From an uncultured delta proteobacterium (GTDB lineage: Bacteria > Desulfobacterota > Syntrophia > Syntrophales > Smithellaceae), in NCBI GenBank assembly GCA_963753975.1, contig CAVWEH010000004.1, forward strand, positions 314,457 through 378,456: DNA of 64,000 bases, given 5' to 3'. The notes below the pieces were generated by a model. It did not search any database. It saw only the letters and a program-made list of their open reading frames with translations, and was not told the DNA's origin. Made by a program: the position numbers and the translations under genes. This document shows positions 46,921 through 58,077 of this stretch, piece after piece. Every line of letters starts with the position of its first letter. Position 1 is the first letter of the stretch.

Positions 46921-48978
46921 ATGCCCGACAAAAACGAGTTAGAAAAAAAGTGTATTAATACCATTCGCTTTTTAGCGGCTGATGCTATTGAAAAAGCTAA
47001 ATCCGGCCATCCCGGAATGCCCTTGGGCGCTGCCGCCGCCGCTTTCACTTTATGGACAAAGCATTTAAAACATAATCCGAAGAATCCGCATTGGCCGGAC
47101 CGCGACCGCTTTGTCCTTTCCGCAGGTCACGCCTCGATGCTTTTATACGCACTACTTCATCTCACCGGTTACGATCTAACTCTCGACGACATTAAAAATT
47201 TCCGGCAATGGGGCAGCCGTACTCCCGGCCATCCCGAATATAAACACACTCCCGGCGTGGAGGTAACCACCGGCCCCTTAGGCCAGGGATTAGCCAACGC
47301 CGTCGGTATGGCCATAGCTGAAGCGCACTTAGCCGCCCGTTTTAACCGTGACGGCATAAAGTTAGTGGATCATTATACCTATGTTATGGCCGGTGACGGC
47401 GACATGATGGAAGGGGTGGTCAGTGAGGCCTGTGCGCTGGCCGGCCACTTACACCTGGGAAAATTAATCGTTCTTTATGACGACAACAGCGTGTCACTGG
47501 CGGGCTCTACTGCACTTACGTTCACCGAAAATATCGAAATGCGCTTTAAAGCATACGGCTGGCAGGTGCAAAAGGTTAAAGACGGAAATGACGTGGCCGC
47601 CATTGACCGGGCGATTAAGAAAGCTAAAAAGGAAACAGAGCGGCCATCGCTCATTTGTGTACAATCAAAAATCGGTTTTGGCGCACCCTCCAAGGAAGGA
47701 AGCAGCGAAGCGCACGGTTCTCCCCTGGGACCGGAGGAGCTTAAAGGAACGAAAGCCGCTCTAGGCTGGCCCATGGAGCCTTTATTTTATGTTCCGGAAG
47801 ACGCGAGTAAATATTTCCGCAAAGCTCTATCCCGCGGCAAAAAAAGCGAAAAGTTATGGCAGGAAACTTTACTTTCCTGTCAACAAAAAGAACCGGCTAA
47901 CGCTCTTGAATTTTCTCGCGCGATTAGCGGCGAACTGCCCAACGGCTGGGAAACTGCGCTTGCAGAATTCCCCAACACCTCCAAAGACATGGCTACACGA
48001 AAAGCTTCGGAGATAATTATGCAGGCTATCGCCGCCAAAATTCCGGAACTGGGCGGCGGTTCCGCCGATCTGAACCCATCAACCTTCACCTGGCTCAAGG
48101 GCCTAGGCGATTTTCAATCTCCGACTACATCATCTGCCGGTTTGCAGGGAATGGTGGGCGGTCCCTGGGGCTATGAGGGGCGCAATATTCACTTCGGCGT
48201 CCGTGAACACGCGATGGGTTCAATTTCCGTAGGCTCGGTTCTGCACGGAGGTTTTATTCCCTACACGGCAACATTTTTAACTTTTGCCGATTATATGCGT
48301 CCGCCTATGCGTCTGGCCGCCCTGATGGGTTTGCGGATAATTTTTATTTTTACTCACGACAGCATCGGTGTGGGAGAAGACGGCCCGACTCATCAACCGA
48401 TAGAGCAGATCATGAATCTGCGTCAGGTGCCCAACATGACCGTAATCCGTCCGGCGGATGCCAACGAAACCGTGGAGGCCTGGCGACTGGCACTTCTGAA
48501 CACTTCCGGGCCGACTGCTCTTATCTTCAGCCGCCAGAATTTGCCTGTACTGGATCGTAGCATTTGTGCGCCAGCTTCCGGCACAAAAAATGGCGGCTAT
48601 GTCTTATGGGAATCATCGCCCAACCCGGACTTGATTTTGATAGCCACCGGCTCGGAAGTGGCCATGACGCTCACTGCCGCGCGCAAACTTGGGGAAGAAA
48701 ACATCAAGGTCAGAGTAGTCTCCCTTCCCAGTTGGGAAATATTTGATCGCCAGAAGCAGGAATACCGTCATAGCGTTTTGCCGCCGCAAGTGTCCGCCCG
48801 AATTGCCGTGGAGGCGGGAATCAAACTCGGCTGGGAACACTATGTTGGCTTAAAGGGAAGAATAATTGGGATGGAGAGCTTCGGAGCGAGCGCTCCCGGT
48901 CCTGTGCTTTACGAAAAATTCGGTTTCACCGCGGCCAGGATCATTGCCGCGGCAAAAGAGCTGCTCAATGTCTCCTAA
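46921..48978 (+). CDS. tkt: Transketolase
   Basis: [45 protein letters not shown]. Confidence 0.97.
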   Translation: MPDKNELEKKCINTIRFLAADAIEKAKSGHPGMPLGAAAAAFTLWTKHLKHNPKNPHWPDRDRFVLSAGHASMLLYALLHLTGYDLTLDDIKNFRQWGSRTPGHPEYKHTPGVEVTTGPLGQGLANAVGMAIAEAHLAARFNRDGIKLVDHYTYVMAGDGDMMEGVVSEACALAGHLHLGKLIVLYDDNSVSLAGSTALTFTENIEMRFKAYGWQVQKVKDGNDVAAIDRAIKKAKKETERPSLICVQSKIGFGAPSKEGSSEAHGSPLGPEELKGTKAALGWPMEPLFYVPEDASKYFRKALSRGKKSEKLWQETLLSCQQKEPANALEFSRAISGELPNGWETALAEFPNTSKDMATRKASEIIMQAIAAKIPELGGGSADLNPSTFTWLKGLGDFQSPTTSSAGLQGMVGGPWGYEGRNIHFGVREHAMGSISVGSVLHGGFIPYTATFLTFADYMRPPMRLAALMGLRIIFIFTHDSIGVGEDGPTHQPIEQIMNLRQVPNMTVIRPADANETVEAWRLALLNTSGPTALIFSRQNLPVLDRSICAPASGTKNGGYVLWESSPNPDLILIATGSEVAMTLTAARKLGEENIKVRVVSLPSWEIFDRQKQEYRHSVLPPQVSARIAVEAGIKLGWEHYVGLKGRIIGMESFGASAPGPVLYEKFGFTAARIIAAAKELLNVS

Positions 48979-48990
48979 TCAGGCAGGATA

Positions 48991-50689
48991 ATGAAGGGAA
49001 ACAACATATCTTTCTTTCTCGGTAATTATGAGAGCGCGGTTCTGGACGCATTAAAGGAAATGCGCCGCAACAATATCATTGCCCGCATCTGGACCCATGA
49101 TCATACAGTTTGGAAGCCTGGGCCGGACGAGATTATCAATCGTCTGGGATGGCTTGACGCTCCGGCAGAAACTCTGGAGAAATTGCCCTCGATAAAGAAA
49201 GCTCTCGAGTTATTTACTAATAGTTCTATTAAAAATGTTGTCTTACTGGGCATGGGTGGATCGAGCCTAGCGGCAGATGTTTTCAGCAAAATTTTGGGCA
49301 ACAGTTCCGGCTATCCGGCATTGCATATCCTGGACACTACCGATCCCGAAACAATCTCCCGAGTGACGCAAACACTAGGCTGGGAAAAAACAGTTTTTTT
49401 GATTTCATCAAAATCGGGAACAACGTTGGAGATCACCTCACTATTTAAATACTTCTATAATCTGGCCCTAAAAAAGCTGGGAAGTTCAGCCATAGATCAC
49501 TTCATATTTATTACCGATAAAGGCAGCGCCCTGGTGGAGCAGGTGAAAGAGCTCTCGCTTTCGCACATGTTTTTAAGCAATCCGGATATCGGGGGGCGCT
49601 ATTCGGCTCTATCGCTTTCGGGAATAGTCCCGGCAGCCATCATTGGTTGTGACGCAGAAAAACTGCTGCAAAATGCTGTAAAAGCGGCGCAGCGCGAAGG
49701 AGCGGAATTCTTTTCCGGAAATCTTGATTCGACCGGCTGTGTTTTGGGCGCTGTCCTGGGTCTTCTGTCGCAAAAAGGACGCGACAAACTCACATTGATT
49801 ATACCACAGCATTGGAGACCGTTTGGCGATTGGCTGGAACAGCTCATCGCGGAGAGCACCGGCAAAGAAGGTAAAGGAATACTGCCTGTTTTAAATGAAC
49901 CACCTACCCCCGTGCAGGCTTACTCAAAAGACCGAGTATTCGCCATATTTGAGGAAAACGAAAAGGATAACGCTCCAAAAATAGGGGATCTGATTTCCGC
50001 CGGGCATCCTGTGATCACCATACGCCTCAATGATAATTATGATCTCGGCGGTCAGATGTTTCTCTGGGAGATGGCTACGGCTTCCGCCGCGCACATCATG
50101 GGTATCAATCCTTTTGATCAGCCGGACGTGGAAGCGACAAAAAATCATACCAGCCGGAATGATTGCTCAGTACAGAAAAACTAAAACACTGCTTGAACAC
50201 GCGCCGACGCTGGAAACGCCGGAATGCAGCGTTTACGGCGACAGTCCAAGGCTCATCTGCCGTCGAAGCATTGGTTGGATTTCTAAATCAGGCAAAAGCT
50301 GGTGATTATGTTTGCTTACAGGTCTTTTTAAGCCCGTCGCCGGAAATTGACGAGGCCGTTACTCAGGCTGACGTGAAGCAATTGCCGCCAAATATCGCCT
50401 GGCCGTCACACTTGGTTATGGACCGCGCTATTTGCATTCCACCGGCCAGTTGCACAAAGGTGATTCCGGCAATGGTTTGTTCATTCAATTGACTGCCAAC
50501 GATTTGATCGATGTCGATATTCCTGACAGGATTGGCTCTGCGGATTCAACACTCACCTTCGGTATGCTCAAAGCCGCTCAAGCCCTGGGGGACTGGCAGG
50601 CGTTGCTGAATGTGGGGCGACGAATCATCCGCTTCCATTGGAAAACAAATGCGGCCGCCGGATTAAAGACTTTAGCCGCAGATCTTTAA
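48991..50689 (+). CDS. pgi: Glucose-6-phosphate isomerase (TAL/PGI-type), frameshifted in the 3' part
   Basis: RLGWL, GMGGSSL, SSKSGTTLE, IGGRYSALS, EQLIAESTGK, NPFDQPDVE; then GYGPRYLHSTGQLHKG in another frame; several indels at about 50140-50400. Confidence 0.82.
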
Positions 50690-50710
50690 CCTTTTTTTCA
50701 TTTGGCCTAA

Positions 50711-51280
50711 TTAGTTTACGATTTTAAGAATATTCGGTGCATTTCTTTCCGACGGCGCGGGAACAGCCTTCGGGTATCCGATAATAACCGGCGCGACAAT
50801 CCGGCAATCATCGGGAATACCTATCTCTGCTTTTATTTTTGGATCTCTGACATATGATCCCAAAGCGACCCAGCACGTGCCTAAACCCCTCTGCGCCGCA
50901 GAAAACATAATGTAGCTTGCCGCCAATGCGCAGTCTACATCAAGCGAATGAATACTCTTCGCTCCGACAATATAAATCACACAGGGAGCGTTATAAAACA
51001 CATTGAAGCTTTCATTCTTGAGGATTGCTACATAGTTCGAACTAAGCAAGGCTTTATTTTCGGCAAAATCCTTGAGGAGATTTTTTTTGCTTTCATCAGA
51101 GAGTTTTTTCAAAATTTCCCTGTTTTTGATGACAATAAATTGGCAGGGTTGAGCGTTGCTGGCTGAAGGCGCCAGAGTCGATTCCTGTATTATTTCTTTA
51201 ATAATCTCCAGCGGAACATCTTTGGCCTGGAAATCACGAATAGCTCTTCTATTTTGCAATAGTTTCGAATAGGTCATCAT
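50711..51280 (-). CDS. Nitroreductase family protein
   Basis: RRAIRDF, APSASNAQP, FYNAP, GLGTCWV, IIGYP. Confidence 0.9.
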   Translation of the reverse strand: MMTYSKLLQNRRAIRDFQAKDVPLEIIKEIIQESTLAPSASNAQPCQFIVIKNREILKKLSDESKKNLLKDFAENKALLSSNYVAILKNESFNVFYNAPCVIYIVGAKSIHSLDVDCALAASYIMFSAAQRGLGTCWVALGSYVRDPKIKAEIGIPDDCRIVAPVIIGYPKAVPAPSERNAPNILKIVN

Positions 51281-51330
51281 AATAATATTTCCTCCTGTTA
51301 TTAACTTTTACCTTCTTGGCTGTTTAAAAC

Positions 51331-51963
51331 TTATCCCGGCAAAAAAACAGATATAATCGTCAGAATAAAATATTGAAGCACATTGATAACCGGATTAAGC
51401 GCACCTAATATAAGCAGTCCCAGTACAATAAAAATCCCAAAAGGTTCAATTTGGTTAAGCACTCGATTTACTGATTCCGGTGCAAAACCCATCACTATTT
51501 TTGATCCGTCGAGCGGCGGAATGGGAATCAGGTTAAAGGCGGCAAGGATAATGTTGATCCGCGCCAAAAGCAGAAGGATTGAGGCGGCCATCCCCGACTG
51601 GTCGGGAGATATCAGCCGGTATAGTGCGAGCGCAATAAAGGCAAAAACAATGTTCGCCGTAATGCCGGCGGCGGAGACAAGAATCAGCCCAAGGCGCCGC
51701 CTCTCCGCGGGAATATTTTCCAGATTAATTGGAACCGGTTTGGCCCAGCCGAAGCCGACGATTAAAAGCATCAGTGTGCCGATAGGATCGAGATGTTTGA
51801 GTGGATTAAGCGTCAGGCGTCCCAGCCATTTGGCCGTAGCATCACCCATTTTATAAGCGACCCAACCGTGCGCCAGTTCGTGAAAGATCACCGAATACAA
51901 AAGCAGTACCGATAGGATGACAAATGCCGCCGGATCACTAAAAAGTAAATTAATTAGTCCCAT
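51331..51963 (-). CDS. Site-2 protease (M50) family protein
   Basis: HELAH, GRLTLNPLKHLDP, FNLIPIPPLDG. Confidence 0.92.
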   Translation of the reverse strand: MGLINLLFSDPAAFVILSVLLLYSVIFHELAHGWVAYKMGDATAKWLGRLTLNPLKHLDPIGTLMLLIVGFGWAKPVPINLENIPAERRRLGLILVSAAGITANIVFAFIALALYRLISPDQSGMAASILLLLARINIILAAFNLIPIPPLDGSKIVMGFAPESVNRVLNQIEPFGIFIVLGLLILGALNPVINVLQYFILTIISVFLPG

Positions 51964-52035
51964 AATTATTCCCCACCCAACAAATCAATAATATTGGAAT
52001 ACCGGATATCTCCAGCTTCCGAATTAAATTTCCCA

Positions 52036-52677
52036 TCAAGGTTTGACTTCCCTGATCAAAAGACCGCTCGTGGAAACCCTGATCTCGAATTTCGCGGGTT
52101 TTTCCAGATTGATGAATGCGGCCGATCCGTATTCAGCATCTAAAAGCGGACTAAGAAACAAATAGCGTTGTCTTAGGTTGAACATATTCAAAATTTTATC
52201 CCCGGAGATTAAAAAAACCGTGCGGGTACCGGAGAGCTCATCTTTTATGTCCGTATAACGGCCGGCAACACGATCAAGCTCATAAGTTGTAGGCAAGCCC
52301 AATATATTGACGATAGGCTTCCATTTGAGAATGTGTGCATCAACGTAGAGAGCATCCCCGGCCAATTTATAGGAATCTTCTTTGCCGTCGGGAAACTTGA
52401 AATAAGCCATAAACCACTTTCCTCCCAGAGGCTCTGTCTTAACTACTGCCGCTATCTCCTCATGGGTCAGGGCACGATATCCTTGTGTTGCTATAGTAAT
52501 CGTTCCGAATAGCGCAGCTAACGATAGTGAGAGCAGTGCACACAACAAACGAATCGTTGAACTGATGAGCCTCTTTTTTCGTATAGCTCTAAAAGTTTCA
52601 ATAAAGAAAAGAAGGCTCAGAAGGCCGGACCCAATCGCCAACAAAACAAGTAAATTTCCCATTGCAATCCTTTCCAT
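52036..52677 (-). CDS. Hypothetical membrane protein
   Basis: Two N-terminal TM helices, intact ORF in a co-oriented gene run. Confidence 0.65.
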   Translation of the reverse strand: MERIAMGNLLVLLAIGSGLLSLLFFIETFRAIRKKRLISSTIRLLCALLSLSLAALFGTITIATQGYRALTHEEIAAVVKTEPLGGKWFMAYFKFPDGKEDSYKLAGDALYVDAHILKWKPIVNILGLPTTYELDRVAGRYTDIKDELSGTRTVFLISGDKILNMFNLRQRYLFLSPLLDAEYGSAAFINLEKPAKFEIRVSTSGLLIREVKP

Positions 52678-52755
52678 ATTTTACTATTTTCAATTCTTCA
52701 GATTGTGATCGATATGAAAAATGACATCCGGAAATTACGTTTACTGTAACTTCAC

Positions 52756-53538
52756 TTAATATGAATAGGTAACAGCGGCTCCCGCGGATAATCTTTCTGA
52801 ATATTGCCCTTCAACATTCATTTGGAATCCCTTCAACAGAGGGATATTTACTCCGGCAAATCCTCCCGCAATTGTTTTGTTCCTGATGGTAATATTTTCA
52901 GTTGTATATTCAAGACCCGGAATATTTGTCGCGAGCGATGCTTGGGCTTCCGAATAATAAATGTAAGGTCCCGCATATAGCTTTATATTGTAGGGAGCCG
53001 TTAGCTGAAATCCAATGCCGCCATTCACATCCCAAAGATTTTTTATTTTGAGATCTGTGGTAAAAGAATTGCCGCCGTTTATCCCCGTAACATCATCGGT
53101 GAAGTTACTCATGTAATAAGTTCCTTGTATAAATGCCCCTACTCCGAATACATTATTAATAGAATAAAAAGCTTTTGCCCCCAGAGTGCCGAAAAACTTC
53201 CAGTTTTCCTCAAAATTATTTTTATCGGTAGTAGTTGAAACATTTGTGGAGTTAAAAGCATCGAATATTTTTAAATCCGACGCTCCGATTCGCGCGTATA
53301 TTTCCCAAAGATTTTTAGCTCCATAACCTACTTGCGAATAAACCTGATTTTGTCTGATTAAATGCTCCGTTCCGTTTTTGTATATATCTTCATGGTACCA
53401 ATAACCGATACCGGTATATAATCCTCCTGTTTCTTTGGAAATAGGTTGCGGCGGACCAAATGACCCGCCCGCGACAGCCATATTATAGACAGTAAATACT
53501 ATCAACACGGAGATAACGATAACTTTAAGGCTTTGCGT
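52756..53538 (-). CDS. Putative outer-membrane beta-barrel protein (start codon uncertain)
   Basis: Amphipathic beta strands, C-terminal aromatic YSY; the signal peptide frame extends to ACG at 53538, just after SD AGGAGAGG. Confidence 0.65.
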   Translation of the reverse strand, partial: TQSLKVIVISVLIVFTVYNMAVAGGSFGPPQPISKETGGLYTGIGYWYHEDIYKNGTEHLIRQNQVYSQVGYGAKNLWEIYARIGASDLKIFDAFNSTNVSTTTDKNNFEENWKFFGTLGAKAFYSINNVFGVGAFIQGTYYMSNFTDDVTGINGGNSFTTDLKIKNLWDVNGGIGFQLTAPYNIKLYAGPYIYYSEAQASLATNIPGLEYTTENITIRNKTIAGGFAGVNIPLLKGFQMNVEGQYSERLSAGAAVTYSY

Positions 53539-53559
53539 AGGAAATCCTCTCCTCTCCTA

Positions 53560-53681
53560 AATTGAAGCTCTCCGCGGCAAGCCACGGAGAATCTTCGATT
53601 CTTAAGGAACAATATTATTTAGTATTCGCTCGCTTATCCGAAAGCTCGCTACGGGAAATGCGCTCGCTGCCGAATTCAATT
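53560..53681. repeat. 122-bp MITE/REP-like element
   Basis: Terminal inverted AATTGAA/TTCAATT, internal palindrome TCTCCGCGGCAAGCCACGGAGA, repeated CGCTCGCT; overlaps the mlaA stop codon. Confidence 0.6.
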
Positions 53682-54599
53682 CTTCTGCAATACCGAATCA
53701 CCCGCAGGTGAGCTTTTTTCTTCCGGCTCGGATGGCGCCAGTTTTAATCGCCTCTGCTCAACTTCTTTCAGCCGGTATTGGACATAGGCGTCCCGCAGCG
53801 CTATGTAGGGATCGATGGCCGCCTCTTTGAGAGATTCATAATCGCCAATCTGCAAAGATGTGCTGTTTACTTCTTCGTATGCCCAAACTCCAACTGCAGC
53901 GTAAAAAGGATTGATATAGGAAACGGGATACAAGAAATAATTGCCGACGATATCCGTCGAATCACGCGGGCTGGAAGGTCCAAGTATCGGCCAGACTATA
54001 TAAAAGCCCTGTCCCACACCATAGACACCCAGGGTTTGTCCCAAATCCGTATCCTGTTTCTGAATGTCCAACTCCTTGTTGGAAGAAGGATCTAAAAGTC
54101 CACCGATACCCCATACTGTGTTTATCGCAAAACGGCCAACCTCCGCGGCTGCGCCGCTGAAATCAGCCTGAAGCAGGCAACTGACGAAACGCGCGGGAAA
54201 TCTCAGATTAAAAAAGAAATTCTTCACGCTGACTCTGGCTATTTCGGGAACCACCATGTTATATCCCTGCGCTACAGGTTTAAGCGCCCAGAAATACAAC
54301 TTGTCGTTAAAGTGGTACATGGCTCTATTGAAGGGCTCGATAGGATCCGCAATTTGCGCCTTCTCCCCTGCAGCCTCATCTTCACTATAGTCCTCATCAG
54401 CGGCGTTTTTACTCTCAGGTTTTATCTCTTTCTCCGGAGGTGGTAAATTGACCTCACCTGAATTGGCAGCGGCCGTAACCACTGGGGAAGTGGATGCCTT
54501 AGTCGACGGCGATAGGGTAGAAGAATTGGAATTGGGGCTGTGAGCGCAACTCATTATAAGAAAAGCATATACCAAAATCAAAAACACGAAAGATTTCAT
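53676..54599 (-). CDS. mlaA: VacJ/MlaA lipoprotein
   Basis: Lipobox MSC, DPIEPFNR, RFAINT, DLGQTLG, GPSSPRD, DPYIALRDAY. Confidence 0.9.
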   Translation of the reverse strand: MKSFVFLILVYAFLIMSCAHSPNSNSSTLSPSTKASTSPVVTAAANSGEVNLPPPEKEIKPESKNAADEDYSEDEAAGEKAQIADPIEPFNRAMYHFNDKLYFWALKPVAQGYNMVVPEIARVSVKNFFFNLRFPARFVSCLLQADFSGAAAEVGRFAINTVWGIGGLLDPSSNKELDIQKQDTDLGQTLGVYGVGQGFYIVWPILGPSSPRDSTDIVGNYFLYPVSYINPFYAAVGVWAYEEVNSTSLQIGDYESLKEAAIDPYIALRDAYVQYRLKEVEQRRLKLAPSEPEEKSSPAGDSVLQKN

Positions 54600-54662
54600 G
54601 AGGCTGAATTTCTCTTTAATGGTTTATTGAAAAAATTATTTCTTTGCCGGCGGCTTTTTAAA

Positions 54663-55256
54663 CTATTGCGCCTTCACTTTTTTGCGTAGAATCTCCAGCA
54701 GTTGCTCGGGAGTATTGTTAGCCAGTATATCATTGAACTGGGTACGATAATTTTGAACCAGACTCACATTCTCCACGACAACGTCGTATACTTTCCAGAC
54801 ACCGTCTTTCAGGATCAATCTGTAGAAGATCGGAATTTCCTTGGAAGAAGTTATTACTTTCGTCTGAACTTCAGCCAGGGTTTCCGAATTTATGTTTTCT
54901 TTATAGAAATCGATTTTCTCGTTAGTGTAAGAAAGGATTTTATCAAGGTAAGACTTCTCCAGTATTTGTTCGAAAAGTTGTACGAATTCCTCTTGCTGAG
55001 CGGCGTTCAATTTACTCCAGTTTCGCGCCAGCGTCCGCCTGGAAAATTCAATTTCGTTGAACATACCTTTATATATGGAACGGAGTTTTTGTTTTTTTAT
55101 CTCTTTGGCCGATTCGGATTTAAGCCTTGGATCGCGCAGTACATCGAGTACTTTATTGACATTTGTCTCAACCACATTGAGTGGAACACCGGCATACGCC
55201 GGAAGAGAAAATAGAAAGAGCAGTAATATACTTAATCCTGCGAGATGTTTTTTCAT
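54663..55256 (-). CDS. mlaC: MlaC/Ttg2D periplasmic lipid-binding protein
   Basis: Signal peptide, WKVYDVVVENVSLVQNYRTQF. Confidence 0.9.
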   Translation of the reverse strand: MKKHLAGLSILLLFLFSLPAYAGVPLNVVETNVNKVLDVLRDPRLKSESAKEIKKQKLRSIYKGMFNEIEFSRRTLARNWSKLNAAQQEEFVQLFEQILEKSYLDKILSYTNEKIDFYKENINSETLAEVQTKVITSSKEIPIFYRLILKDGVWKVYDVVVENVSLVQNYRTQFNDILANNTPEQLLEILRKKVKAQ

Positions 55257-55287
55257 GATTTAAACCTCCTGATTTTTTTCATCATTA

Positions 55288-55740
55288 TTACTTCTTTACG
55301 TCGCCAAAGGCATACTTGCCGATAAGATTTATGAGATCAACAGGGGCCTGTGTTTCGATGATGATTCCGCGAGGACCAAGCACTTCTCCCGCGCCTCCGG
55401 GATCAATGCTGAGATAACTGTCGCCAATCAGTCCTTGAGTTTTAACGGAAGCAATGGCATCGTCATAAATTTTTATACCATTTTTGATCTTCATTTCAAC
55501 AACAGCTTGCTGATTTTTCTGATCCATGAAGATTCGATCCACCCGTCCGACCTCAATACCAAAGATATCCACGGGGTTACCGACTCTCAGGCCGGTAACC
55601 GAGGTAAACTTGGCGATAATGGGGTAGGAGTTATCGCCCAGCAAAGAAACATTCCCAAGTTTTACGGTCATATAACCTATGCAAATAAGTCCGAAAACAA
55701 CAAAGATGCCGACTATTGTCTCTATGGTATATTTTTTCAT
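55288..55740 (-). CDS. mlaD: MCE-domain protein
   Basis: ETIVGIFV, GLRVGNPV..GIEVGRV, TQGLIGD.Y; ATG at 55740 overlaps the mlaF stop (ATGA). Confidence 0.92.
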   Translation of the reverse strand: MKKYTIETIVGIFVVFGLICIGYMTVKLGNVSLLGDNSYPIIAKFTSVTGLRVGNPVDIFGIEVGRVDRIFMDQKNQQAVVEMKIKNGIKIYDDAIASVKTQGLIGDSYLSIDPGGAGEVLGPRGIIIETQAPVDLINLIGKYAFGDVKK

Positions 55741-56990
55741 ATGTTCACTCCTTGGCGGCACATCATCGCCGTCCAAATTTCCTTTCGCTGAGATTTTGCC
55801 GAATCTATGACTGAATCAATTTCGGCAAACGGTTCGCCCTGGGCAATTCCGGCCAGGATGGTAAATTCGACGGGCCCCGCCATAGCCACCCGTCTACGAA
55901 CTCCAGTGCAGATATCATCAATTTCCAATCCCTGAAAATCTTTGGCAAAATCTTTTAGAATAATTTCCGCCTCAGTAATGTCGGAATAGGGAAGCACTGT
56001 AACAATTTCATTCGTATTACGGCGGGTGGAGAATCCCCCTATAGCGCCAAAGTGTTTATCGATATACAATCCCATACGTCTTATTGTTTCCTGCACAGCA
56101 TCGTGACCCAAATATGTAATGATGGAATTTATGTCTTCCAGAGTAAAAACTGCTATACAATAAGTGTCCCCATAAGCTCTCCTTCTCAATTGAGCATAAT
56201 TAAGAACTTTGAATTGTCTTTGGGAATACAAACCGGTTAATTCTTTCTGTAACGCTTCCAGGCTGCGGATGACTTCATCTTTAAAAGGATGGTCAAACGC
56301 TTCCAACTCTTCCGGAGTCCCCTGAAAAACAATCGTTCGCCCATAGAGGGCGAGAACGCGATTAGAGATAAAATATACATCCGGGATCTCGTGGCTGACC
56401 AAGATTGCCGTAAACCCGAACTTCCTCTGGTATTGGGCAATCATGCCAAGAATCGCGTTTTTTCGGACGGGATCCTGACCGGTTGTTGGTTCGTCAAACA
56501 AAACAATTCTAGGATCGGTTATCAGCGCGCGCGCCAGAGCTGCCCGCTTTTGCATTCCTCCCGATAGCTCTGAAGGAAACTTTTTAACCGCATCGGTCAG
56601 CTCTGTCTGCTCTATTCTCGCCATGACCCGGCGGTCGATTTCAGCTTTCTTTAAATTGGTTGTTTCCAGCAAGGGCAGAGCAATATTTTCATAAACGGTC
56701 AGGGAATCAAAAAGAGCGTTACCCTGAAACATGTAACTCATCTGAGCAAGAGCCGCATTAATTTCCTTTCTTTTCATTTTACTTACAGGTTTGCCCCGAA
56801 AAAGAATCGTTCCTTTGTCGGGTTTGATTAGTCCGATGATATGCTTGAGAAGCACGCTTTTCCCTGCGCCACTGAGGCCGATTATTGTTGTAACTTCGCC
56901 CTCATAAATTTTAAGATTAACGCGCTCAAGAACTATTCGGTTGTCGAAGCTCTTAGTAACGTCTTTAAACTCAATCAATGGTGTATTCAT
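55737..56990 (-). CDS. mlaF: MlaF-type ABC ATPase fused to a degenerate GGDEF-like domain
   Basis: GLSGAGKS, LSGGMQKR, FDEPTTGQDP, SH; then about 170 aa starting ELTGLYSQRQF...LGHDAVQE...RRNTNEIVTVLP. Confidence 0.82.
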   Translation of the reverse strand: MNTPLIEFKDVTKSFDNRIVLERVNLKIYEGEVTTIIGLSGAGKSVLLKHIIGLIKPDKGTILFRGKPVSKMKRKEINAALAQMSYMFQGNALFDSLTVYENIALPLLETTNLKKAEIDRRVMARIEQTELTDAVKKFPSELSGGMQKRAALARALITDPRIVLFDEPTTGQDPVRKNAILGMIAQYQRKFGFTAILVSHEIPDVYFISNRVLALYGRTIVFQGTPEELEAFDHPFKDEVIRSLEALQKELTGLYSQRQFKVLNYAQLRRRAYGDTYCIAVFTLEDINSIITYLGHDAVQETIRRMGLYIDKHFGAIGGFSTRRNTNEIVTVLPYSDITEAEIILKDFAKDFQGLEIDDICTGVRRRVAMAGPVEFTILAGIAQGEPFAEIDSVIDSAKSQRKEIWTAMMCRQGVNI

Positions 56991-56998
56991 AGGTTTCT

Positions 56999-57847
56999 CT
57001 ATATCAGCAGTGAAGTCACGACGTAATCCGATACCAAAATCAGCACACAGGAAATCACGACAGCCGAGGTGGTGGCCAGACCAACGGCTTGAGCACCATG
57101 ACTGTCACTGCGCATGTGCGCGAAATAACCCTGGTAACAACAAACGGTGGCAACAATAACTGCAAAAACGATAGTCTTAATTAAACCGTCGGAAATGTCT
57201 TTCAGCTCAACGTTAGCCCGGATGCTGTGAAAATAGACACCGGAATTCAGACCCAGCAGCATGACCCCGGAAATATATCCGCCGATCATTCCGATGAGGT
57301 CAAACACGGTCGTCAGGATGGGAAAGCTGATGATGGCCGCGGTAACCCTCGGACTGATGATATGTCCGAGCGGATCGATGCGCATGGTGCGCAAGGCGTC
57401 TATTTGCTCGGAAATTCGCTGGATGCCGATTTCGGCCGTAATAGCGGAGCCTGCCCGGGCCGTAATCATGATTGCCGTAAGAACCGGCCCCAATTCTCTG
57501 ATTAAAGAAAGAGCTACCAAGGTGCCGACTGCTCCCTGAGCTCCGAATTTAACCAGGGCATGGTAAGATTGCAGGCCTAGAACCATGCCGGTAAACACGC
57601 TCACCAGCATGATGATTGTCGTTGATCGCGCTCCGATGTAATAGAGCTGTTGAACTATCTTGGAGAACTGCTTCGACCGGAAGACCCTAAGCAAAGCCAA
57701 AAAGAGGAAAATCGTCGCGGAGCCTAAAATGTTGACCCATCTTATTACTGCTCTTCCTATGGAAGAAAATGGCCTGGATAATAACATACCCAACCGCCAT
57801 TTTGTTTCATTTTTGGAGCGGGTCTGATTATCTACCGCCGGGACCAT
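56999..57847 (-). CDS. mlaE: MlaE permease
   Basis: RELGPVLTA, ARAGSAITAEIG, EQIDAL, VGLATTSAVV. Confidence 0.92.
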   Translation of the reverse strand: MVPAVDNQTRSKNETKWRLGMLLSRPFSSIGRAVIRWVNILGSATIFLFLALLRVFRSKQFSKIVQQLYYIGARSTTIIMLVSVFTGMVLGLQSYHALVKFGAQGAVGTLVALSLIRELGPVLTAIMITARAGSAITAEIGIQRISEQIDALRTMRIDPLGHIISPRVTAAIISFPILTTVFDLIGMIGGYISGVMLLGLNSGVYFHSIRANVELKDISDGLIKTIVFAVIVATVCCYQGYFAHMRSDSHGAQAVGLATTSAVVISCVLILVSDYVVTSLLI

Positions 57848-58077
57848 TAATAAAATTCCTCCTTATTATCGAATGTTTCGGACGCGAATTTCGCATATTT
57901 ATCAAAATTCGTCAACTTAAGAGTTCAGAAAATAATATATATGAAAATCTTGTAGCCAATATTTAAGAATCAATCTATCCTTGAAATCATATACTTATTC
58001 CAACCAAGGGTTTCTCCAAGATGCCATAAAGCCGTCTAAGATCGCCGGAAAATTTAATTCTCCAATGGAAATCGCTG

